NCBI GenBank assembly: GCA_964450875.1
Contig: CAYVHG010000082.1
Coordinates: 1-41,667 of the forward strand
Reading direction: 5' to 3'
Length of the DNA stretch: 41,667 nt
Source of the DNA: an uncultured Anaerolineaceae bacterium
Lineage (GTDB): Bacteria > Chloroflexota > Anaerolineae > Anaerolineales > DRMV01
Part shown: positions 26,589 to 32,483 of the stretch, in pieces
Layout: each line of letters starts with the position of its first letter
Numbering within the stretch: position 1 is the first letter of the stretch
Notes under the pieces: generated by a model
The model's input: the letters and a program-made list of their open reading frames with translations, nothing else
Told to the model about the DNA's origin: nothing
Databases searched by the model: none
Translations under genes and position numbers: made by a program

Positions 26589-27401
26589 ATGGGTTTACTG
26601 GAAGGCAAAAATGCCTTGATTTTCGGCGTCGCAAACAACCGTTCCATTGCCTGGGGCATCACCCAGGCGTTCCAGCGGGAAGGCGCGCACATTGGCCTGA
26701 GCTATGCCGGGCCCGCCTTGGAGCGGCGGGTGCGTAAACTGGCCGACGAGATCGACTGCGCGTTCGTCGAACCGTGCGACGTCACCCAAGACGACCAAAT
26801 CGAGGCCCTGGTCGAGAAGGCCAAGGCTTATTTTGGCCATATCGATATTCTCGTCCATGCGGTGGCTTACGCCGAGCGGGAAGACCTTGCCCGGCCGTAT
26901 TACCAGACCAGCCGCAAGGGCTTCCACACCGCGATGGATGTGAGCGTGTATTCCCTCACCGCGCTGGCGCGGGCTTTCCAGCCTTTGATGCCCCCGGGCG
27001 GCTCGTTGCTGACCATGACCTACTATGGCGGGGTCAAGGTGGTGCCTCATTACAACGTGATGGGCGTGGCCAAAGCAGCTCTGGAAGCCAGCGTGCGTTA
27101 CCTGGCCTATGACTTGGGCAAGATGGGCATTCGGGTGAACGCCATCTCGGCCGGGCCTATCCGCACGCTTTCGGCCGCGGGCATTGCGGGTTTCCGCTCG
27201 CTTTACAAGACCATTTTGGAACTCTCGCCCCTCAAGGAAGACATCACCACCGAAGACATCGGCCACGCGGCGGTGTTCTTGGCTTCCGATATGGCGCGTC
27301 GCATTACCGGCGAGGTGCTGTATGTGGATGCGGGGTATAATGTGATGGGCTTTCCCGACCCGGACGCCCTCGAGAAACTCGTGGAAAAGGTGAGTGACTG
27401 A
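26589..27401 (+). CDS. fabI: Enoyl-[acyl-carrier-protein] reductase (NADH) FabI
   Basis: [24 protein letters not shown]..., ...HAVAYA..., ...[20 protein letters not shown]...[12 protein letters not shown]... AAGGAGG RBS. Confidence 0.95.
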   Translation: MGLLEGKNALIFGVANNRSIAWGITQAFQREGAHIGLSYAGPALERRVRKLADEIDCAFVEPCDVTQDDQIEALVEKAKAYFGHIDILVHAVAYAEREDLARPYYQTSRKGFHTAMDVSVYSLTALARAFQPLMPPGGSLLTMTYYGGVKVVPHYNVMGVAKAALEASVRYLAYDLGKMGIRVNAISAGPIRTLSAAGIAGFRSLYKTILELSPLKEDITTEDIGHAAVFLASDMARRITGEVLYVDAGYNVMGFPDPDALEKLVEKVSD

Positions 27402-27403
27402 GC

Positions 27404-27871
27404 ATGTTCCGCCGTGGTGGACGTCGCATTCCTGCAAGTGAAGAAGCCGCTGCTGCGCCGCCCCCGGCCGCGCCGTTGGGGCGCGTCACTTCGGTGGTGG
27501 GGCCTGAGGTGCAAGTCAAAGGCCGCATCACCGGCCGCGGCGGCATTCGTGTGGAAGGCTCGTTCGAGGGCGAGATCGATTTCGACGGTTTGCTGGTGGT
27601 GGCCGAGAGCGGGCGCGTGACGTGCGAAGAGGCCCGCGCCAAGACGATCGTGGTGGCGGGCATTTTCAAAGGCAACATCGTGGCCGAGCGGGTGGAAATC
27701 CGCAAGACCGGCCGGGTGTGGGGCGATGTCGTGACGACCGCGTTTGCCACCGAGGAAGGCGCTTTTCTGCGTGGGCAAATTCGCATGGAAGAGCAGCTGC
27801 CCGCCGAAGAGACGCCCCCCGAGGCAGATGCCCCGCCGGAAGACGGGGCAGACCAACCCGAACAAGCATGA
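27404..27871 (+). CDS. Bactofilin (polymer-forming cytoskeletal protein)
   Basis: 155 aa. Disordered Ala/Pro N-terminus, then a beta-helix repeat pattern ...VVGPEVQVKGRITGRGGIRVEGSFEGEIDFDGLLVVAESGRVTCEEARAKTIVVAGIFKGNIVAERVEIRKTGRVWGDVVTTAFATEEGAFLRGQI..., then an acidic tail. ATG lies 2 nt after the fabI TGA. Confidence 0.85.
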   Translation: MFRRGGRRIPASEEAAAAPPPAAPLGRVTSVVGPEVQVKGRITGRGGIRVEGSFEGEIDFDGLLVVAESGRVTCEEARAKTIVVAGIFKGNIVAERVEIRKTGRVWGDVVTTAFATEEGAFLRGQIRMEEQLPAEETPPEADAPPEDGADQPEQA

Positions 27872-27874
27872 AAC

Positions 27875-27904
27875 CAGCCCCTCGTCCAGAGGGGCTGCAT
27901 TTTT
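27875..27904 (+). terminator. Intrinsic terminator after bactofilin (hairpin shared by the convergent gene pair)
   Basis: CAGCCCCTC (27875-27883) / GAGGGGCTG (27889-27897), 5-nt loop, then CATTTTT. On the minus strand the same hairpin is followed only by GTTT. Confidence 0.7.
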
Positions 27905-28001
27905 GGGCAGGGGGCAGGGCTGGCGTGGGCAGGACGGCGGGGCGCGTGGCTGGCCGGGCAGCGGCGGGCTTTCCCCCTGCGCGGCGCGGCTGCTGGCGGC
28001 T

Positions 28002-28670
28002 TTAGGGGATTTCGGGGTTGTCTAAGCGCAGGCCGTGCCCGCGCACGGTGACGATGTAGGCGTGAGCGGGGTCCACAGCGGCCAGGCGATCGCGCAGGCG
28101 GCGCACCAGGGCATCCAATGCCTGGTTGGAGATGCCGATGGCTTCTTCGCCCCACACGGCGCGGATGATTTCTTCGCGCGTCACGACCTCGCCTTCCCGC
28201 TGGTAGAGGATGGTCAGCAGGCGAAACTGGGCTGCCGAAAGCGGGGGGAAGATTTCCTGCCCGCGCAGCCACACCTGATGGGTGGCGGGGTCGAGGTGCA
28301 GGGCTTTGTGGGTGGGCGGCGAAGCGCTGGTGATTGCATCCAAGGGCAATGTGGCATCGGAACTGGCGACCAGGAAGCGCTGGGCGAGGGCGATTTGCAC
28401 GACGTCACCGTCTTCCAGGCGCACAGGCGCGGCGACCCGTTCTCCGTTGCGGTAAGTGCCGTTTTTACTGCGCAGGTCTTCCAGCAGCAGCCCGCGAGGT
28501 GTGGGGGTGAGGCGGGCGTGGCGGCGCGAGACCTGCCGGTCGGGAATGACGATGTCGCAGGCCGGGTCGCGGCCGATGATGATGGGGCGCTCGACCGTCC
28601 AACGCATGCCGTCCAGCGGGCCGCCTTGGGCAATGAGCATGAAAAGCAGGTCTTCGGGCGATGAAGTCAT
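28002..28670 (-). CDS. FHA domain fused to an OmpR/PhoB-type winged-helix DNA-binding domain (transcriptional regulator without receiver domain)
   Basis: 222 aa from ATG 28670 (MTSSPEDLL...). FHA: ...IIIGRDPACDIVIPDRQVSRRHARL...LEDLRSKNGTYRNGERV...GDVVQIA. wHTH: ...LSAAQFRLLTILYQREGEVVTREEIIRAVWGEE...SNQALDALVRRLRDRL...IVTVRGHGLRL. Confidence 0.88.
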   Translation of the reverse strand: MTSSPEDLLFMLIAQGGPLDGMRWTVERPIIIGRDPACDIVIPDRQVSRRHARLTPTPRGLLLEDLRSKNGTYRNGERVAAPVRLEDGDVVQIALAQRFLVASSDATLPLDAITSASPPTHKALHLDPATHQVWLRGQEIFPPLSAAQFRLLTILYQREGEVVTREEIIRAVWGEEAIGISNQALDALVRRLRDRLAAVDPAHAYIVTVRGHGLRLDNPEIP

Positions 28671-28696
28671 GGGAGTGCCTCGCGCATCAGCGTGGG

Positions 28697-29110
28697 GAGA
28701 AGCCTTGGGGCGGCCTGTAAGCCGCATTCTGTCCGGCAGGGGAACCTGCCTGGGTGGTCATCTGTCTGGGCCGGGGCGTTACCGCCTCGGCTCGGTGCGG
28801 CCTACCCGGGGCTCGAGGGGTGCGGGCCACACCCCGGCGGCGCGCGGCCGCCTTTGCCCCTGCTTGGCCTTGCTCCTGGCGGGGGTTGCCTGGCCGCGCC
28901 GGTTACCCGACGCGCCGGTGGGCTCTTACCCCACCTTTTCACCCTTGCCCGCACCTGCGCCGCAGCGCAGGCCGCTGGCGGTCTGTTTCTGTGGCCCTAT
29001 CCGAGGGGTTGCCCCCTCCCGGGCGTTACCCGGCGCCATGCCCTATGGAGTGCGGACTTTCCTCGACAGCCCTTCGGCTGCCGCGACCACCCGGCCGCCC
29101 CAAGGCTTCC
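28697..29110 (-). ncRNA. rnpB: RNase P RNA, bacterial type A
   Basis: The minus strand reads 5'-GGAAGCCUUGGGGCGGCC...GAGGAAAGUCCGCACUCCAUAGGGCAUGGCGCCGGGUAACGCCCGG...CAAGGGUGAAAAGGUGGGGUAAGAGCCCACC...AGCAAGGCCAAGCAGGGG...GGACAGAAUGCGGCUUACAGGCCGCCCCAAGGCUUCU-3'. The universal P4 halves (GGAAAGUCCG / ACAGAAUGCGGCUUA) and the P11-P14 consensus blocks are present in E. coli M1 order. The 5' and 3' ends pair as P1. Track ORFs here are non-coding artefacts. Ends are +/- a few nt. Confidence 0.93.
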
Positions 29111-29116
29111 GCTGTA

Positions 29117-29145
29117 ATCTTAAGGCTTTTGGGGAAGGTTGTCAA
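29117..29145 (-). promoter_or_regulatory. Putative rnpB promoter TTGACA-N17-TAAGAT embedded in the 3' end of aroE
   Basis: Minus strand: TTGACA (29145-29140), exact 17-nt spacer, TAAGAT (29122-29117; its TAA is the aroE stop codon). The first P1 G (29110) lies 7 nt downstream of the -10. Confidence 0.5.
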
Positions 29146-29980
29146 CCGGTGGGGCGCAGCCGGTCCAGCGCTGAAAGGCGAGGGCGGCCTGGGCGACCAG
29201 CATGCCCCAGCCGTTGGCCGCCGCGAGGCCGGCTGCACGAGCCTCTTGCAGCAGGCGGGTTTCGGCGGGGTTGTATACCAGGTCGTACACTCGCGCGAGG
29301 GGCGGGAAGGCGGCTTCGGAAGGCCAGGGGCTGGTTTCGAGGTGCGGCGCCATGCCCAGAGGGGTGGCGTTCACGATGAGGTCGGGGGGAGGAACGAGCG
29401 CCGCGCGGCGCGCCCACGGCAAAGGTCGGCACGCGGGGCTTGAGGGGCGGCTTCCGGCTGCTCGCAGGTCGGCGCACAGGGCTTGGGCTTGCGCCAGCCG
29501 CCGGGCGGCGATGGTCACTGCCCAGCCGCCTTGCAGCAGTGCATACGCGACCGCCCGCGCCGCACCGCCTGCGCCGAGCACCAGCGCTCGGTGGGGGCGG
29601 GTAGCCCACGCGCCGAAGTGCGCCCGCAGGTCGTGCAGAAAGCCCGGCGCGTCGGTGTTGTCGCCCCACAGGCGGCCGTTTTCGGCCCAGAGGGTGTTGA
29701 CCGCGCCGATGGCCGCCGCGGCCGGGGTGAGGGCGTCGAGCCACGGCAGCACGCGCTGCTTGTGGGGGATGGTGACGTTCAGCCCGTGGATTTCCCCGCG
29801 GCGGAGGGCTTCCAAGCGGGCGCGCAGCGCTTGGGGGCGGTCTGGCGGCTCTTCGTATAGCCGATATTCCCCCGCAAGGCCGCACTGCTTCAGGAAGCCG
29901 CGGTGCAGCGCCGGTGAGCGGCTGTGGCTCAGCGGGTAGCCGAGAAGGCCCAGGGCGTAGAAGGTGCGGGCGGAAGGCAT
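29120..29980 (-). CDS. aroE: Shikimate dehydrogenase
   Basis: ...YALGLLGYPLSHSRSPALH..., ...GLNVTIPHK..., ...GAVNT...GDNTD..GF..., ...VLGAGGAARAV... Confidence 0.92.
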   Translation of the reverse strand: MPSARTFYALGLLGYPLSHSRSPALHRGFLKQCGLAGEYRLYEEPPDRPQALRARLEALRRGEIHGLNVTIPHKQRVLPWLDALTPAAAAIGAVNTLWAENGRLWGDNTDAPGFLHDLRAHFGAWATRPHRALVLGAGGAARAVAYALLQGGWAVTIAARRLAQAQALCADLRAAGSRPSSPACRPLPWARRAALVPPPDLIVNATPLGMAPHLETSPWPSEAAFPPLARVYDLVYNPAETRLLQEARAAGLAAANGWGMLVAQAALAFQRWTGCAPPVDNLPQKP

Positions 29981-30004
29981 GGGCAGTGGGGACGGGGGCG
30001 GGTG

Positions 30005-31333
30005 TCAGGTGTCGGGTGTCAGGCGGGCGCCCAAGGCGCGCAGGCTTTCGGTGAAAGCGGGGAACGATTGCGCGATGATTTCGGCCCCTCGAATGGTGAT
30101 GGGTGCGTCGGCGGCCAGCCCGGCCACGGCAAAAGCCATTGCAATGCGGTGGTCGCCGCCGCCATCCAGCAGGCCGCCCTGCCACCGTTGCCCCCCCTGA
30201 ATGCGGAAGCCGTCGGGCAGAGCTTCTGCGTTCACCCCCAGCGCTTGCAGGCGCTCGACAATGGCGGCGATGCGGTCGCTTTCCTTGTGCCGCAGTTCGG
30301 CGGCGTCGTGGACGACGGTTTCGCCCTCGGCAAACGCCGCCACGATGGCAAAGGCGGGGAATTCATCCACCATCCGCACGACCAATTCGCCGGTGACCAG
30401 GATGCCGTGCAAGTGGGGGGTGTAGGCGAGGGTGATGTCGCCGTACGGTTCGCCGTAGGTTTCGCCGCGGGGGGTGATTTCCAGCGCGGCGCCCATCTGC
30501 TGCAGGGCTTCCAGGAAGCCGGTGCGGCCGGGGTTGAGGAGCACCCGCCTCAGGGTGATGCGGCTGCCGGGGGTGATGGCCGCGGCTGCGAGGGGGAAGG
30601 CGGCGGAGGAAATGTCGCCCGGCAGGGTGAGTTCCAAGGGCGGGATGTAGGCCGGTGGGGGCGGGGTAAGGCGGACGCTCAGCGGTGTTGGGCGTTCCAG
30701 GGGCAGCCCCAGGGCGGCGAACATGCGCTCGGTGTGGTCGCGCGAGAGGGCGGGTTCGCTCAGGGTGGTGGGGGTGTTGGCGGCCAGGGCTGCCAGCAAG
30801 AGCGCGGTTTTGACTTGCGCCGAGGCCACAGGCAGGCGGTAGGTGAGGCCGCGCAGCGGCTGGTTGGCGGGGCGGGCTTCCAAGAGCAGCGGGGCGTGGC
30901 CGTCGGTGTCGCGAATGGGCACGCCCATGAGCTGCAAAGGGGCTGTGACGCGCCGCATGGGGCGGCGGCGCAGGCCGGCGGAGCCATCCAGCACGGCAGG
31001 TGCCCCCGCCGCGGCCAGGAAGCCTGCCAACAGGCGCATGGTGGTGGCCGAATGGCCGCAGTGCAGGATGGGCGCTTTCTCCGGTCGGGGCAGACCTGCC
31101 AGCCCGCGGCCTTCCACATGCAGGGTGCCGTCTTCCAGAGACCAGGGGATGCCCAGCGCGCGCAGGGCTTCCAGCAAGGGGCGGGTGACGCCCGCATTCA
31201 GGAAGTTGGCAATGCGGCTTTCGCCGTGGGCCAGGGCAGCAAAGAGAGCGCCGCGGTGGGAGAGTGATTTGTCGCCTGGCAGGGTCAGGTCGCCGCGCAA
31301 GGGGCGGCTGGCAGGAAAGACGGTCAGTTGCAT
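30005..31333 (-). CDS. aroA: 3-phosphoshikimate 1-carboxyvinyltransferase (EPSP synthase)
   Basis: ...LPGDKSLSHRGALFAALA.G.S...N.L...., ...GNSATTMRLL.G..., ...RPM.R...PL..MG..., ...LRHKESDRI..., ...DHRIAMAFAVAGL... Confidence 0.95.
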   Translation of the reverse strand: MQLTVFPASRPLRGDLTLPGDKSLSHRGALFAALAHGESRIANFLNAGVTRPLLEALRALGIPWSLEDGTLHVEGRGLAGLPRPEKAPILHCGHSATTMRLLAGFLAAAGAPAVLDGSAGLRRRPMRRVTAPLQLMGVPIRDTDGHAPLLLEARPANQPLRGLTYRLPVASAQVKTALLLAALAANTPTTLSEPALSRDHTERMFAALGLPLERPTPLSVRLTPPPPAYIPPLELTLPGDISSAAFPLAAAAITPGSRITLRRVLLNPGRTGFLEALQQMGAALEITPRGETYGEPYGDITLAYTPHLHGILVTGELVVRMVDEFPAFAIVAAFAEGETVVHDAAELRHKESDRIAAIVERLQALGVNAEALPDGFRIQGGQRWQGGLLDGGGDHRIAMAFAVAGLAADAPITIRGAEIIAQSFPAFTESLRALGARLTPDT

Positions 31334-32311
31334 TTAGGCTTTGTCTTGTTCCAACAAGTGGTAGAGGGCTTTGAGGTCGGGGTGGCGGGCCTGGTGGATG
31401 ACTTCGCTCAGGTGGGGGAATTCGGAGGTCAGGGTTTCCAGGAAGGCCAGGGCGGCGGGGTGCAAGGGCATGTCTTGCGGCCAGATGGCTTTGAGGTAGC
31501 GCTTGAGGGGCGCGTCGGTGAGGGTGATGATGTGCAGGCGGTGAGCGTCTTCGGGGGTGAGCATACATTCGGGCAGCAGTGAAACGCCAATGCCGTGGGA
31601 GACCGCTTTTTTGATGGCGTCGGGCTGGTCGAGTTCGGCGATGATGCGGGGGTGGGTGTGGTGTTGGGCGAAGAGGTTTTCCATCCAGCGGCGGGTTTGC
31701 GCCTGGGGCGGGCGTGCGATGAAGGGCTGCCGGTCGAGGCTGTGGAGGGGCAGGGTTTGGTGGGTTACCCACGGCTCCGTGGGTGGGGTGATGAGGACGA
31801 AGGGGCTTTCCTCGAGCACGGTGTAGGCGACGGCTTTTTCGTCGGGCAGTTCCCCTTCGATGATGCCCAGGTGGAGGGTGTGGCGGGCTACCGCGGCCAC
31901 GATTTCGGAAGTGGTGGCGGTGTGCAGGTGCACCATGATGTGAGGATGTTGGGCCACGAAGGTTTTCAGCCATGCCGGGAAGCAGTAGGCCGAAAGGGAA
32001 GGGGTGTTGCCGAGGTGCAGGTGGCGGGTGAGCGGTGCGTTGTGCAGCCCCGCGGCCAGCGCGTCTTCCGCTGCCAGCAGCAGCCAGTGCACTGCGTGGG
32101 CGTATCGCTGGAGGGTCTGCCCCTCGCTGGTTAGCCGGGCGCCGTGGGGCGTGCGTTCGAATAGCTTGACGCCCAGCAGGGCTTCCAGCTGGCGCACTTT
32201 TTGGCTTACGGCTGGCTGGGTCAGCAGCAGCGCTTCGGCGGCTTTGTTGAAACTGCCGTGCTCGGCAACGGCCAGGAAGACCCGCAGCCAAGACGGGGTT
32301 AGGAGGGACAT
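31334..32311 (-). CDS. LysR-family transcriptional regulator
   Basis: N-terminal HTH ...LRVFLAVAEHGSFNKAAEALLLTQPAVSQKVRQLEALLGVKLFERT..G..LT..G and a C-terminal LysR substrate-binding fold. Start at ATG 32311 (MSLLTPSW...). Its TAA is directly followed by the aroA ATG (TAAATG). Confidence 0.92.
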   Translation of the reverse strand: MSLLTPSWLRVFLAVAEHGSFNKAAEALLLTQPAVSQKVRQLEALLGVKLFERTPHGARLTSEGQTLQRYAHAVHWLLLAAEDALAAGLHNAPLTRHLHLGNTPSLSAYCFPAWLKTFVAQHPHIMVHLHTATTSEIVAAVARHTLHLGIIEGELPDEKAVAYTVLEESPFVLITPPTEPWVTHQTLPLHSLDRQPFIARPPQAQTRRWMENLFAQHHTHPRIIAELDQPDAIKKAVSHGIGVSLLPECMLTPEDAHRLHIITLTDAPLKRYLKAIWPQDMPLHPAALAFLETLTSEFPHLSEVIHQARHPDLKALYHLLEQDKA

Positions 32312-32333
32312 GGGAGCCTCGCAGGGGGCGGGG

Positions 32334-32353
32334 TATAAGTTCCAATTATAGCA
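32334..32353 (-). promoter_or_regulatory. LTTR-type T-N11-A box (TATAA-N7-TTATA) overlapping an extended -10 (TGcTATAAT) for lysR
   Basis: Inverted repeat TATAAGTTCCAATTATA at 32334-32350. The minus strand reads TGCTATAAT across 32353-32345, about 27-34 nt upstream of the lysR ATG, with GAGG as RBS. It lies in a conspicuously AT-rich 172-nt divergent spacer. Confidence 0.5.
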
Positions 32354-32395
32354 TCTGTAAGCAGTTGGGGATGACGCTTTTGGGGGCTTCCCTTC

Positions 32396-32401
32396 TATAA
32401 T
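32396..32401 (+). promoter_or_regulatory. Possible -10 (TATAAT) for the YeeE-like gene, with poor -35 (activator-dependent look)
   Basis: TATAAT at 32396-32401. The nearest -35-like hexamers (ATGACG/TGACGC, 32371-32377) are at 18-19 nt. AGGAGGAGG RBS at 32467-32475, 8 nt before ATG 32484. Confidence 0.35.
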
Positions 32402-32483
32402 CTGAAAGCAATATGAGAGCCTGGCATCGCTCATCCTTATTTTGCCTCATTTTTGCCCAAGATTCAAGGAGGAGGTTCGGAAG

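Noticed and set aside
27905-27929. G-quadruplex motif GGG-CA-GGGGG-CA-GGG-CTGGCGT-GGG right after the bactofilin terminator
   Set aside because: It fits the G3+N1-7 pattern, but such runs are expected frequently in ~65% GC DNA. There is no supporting context and I cannot show enrichment.
28456-29443. Several 140-300-aa plus-strand ORFs covering 28.7-29.1 kb
   Set aside because: The region is explained by the minus-strand RNase P RNA (universal P4 and P11-P14 blocks, paired termini). The ORFs have Arg/Pro/Gly-rich junk composition and no RBS.
30363-32345. 660-aa minus-strand ORF extremely rich in Pro/Arg/His/Ala
   Set aside because: It is an alternative frame of the same strand as aroA and lysR, both of which have clear homology in their own frames. 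The composition is typical of off-frame translation of GC-rich coding DNA.
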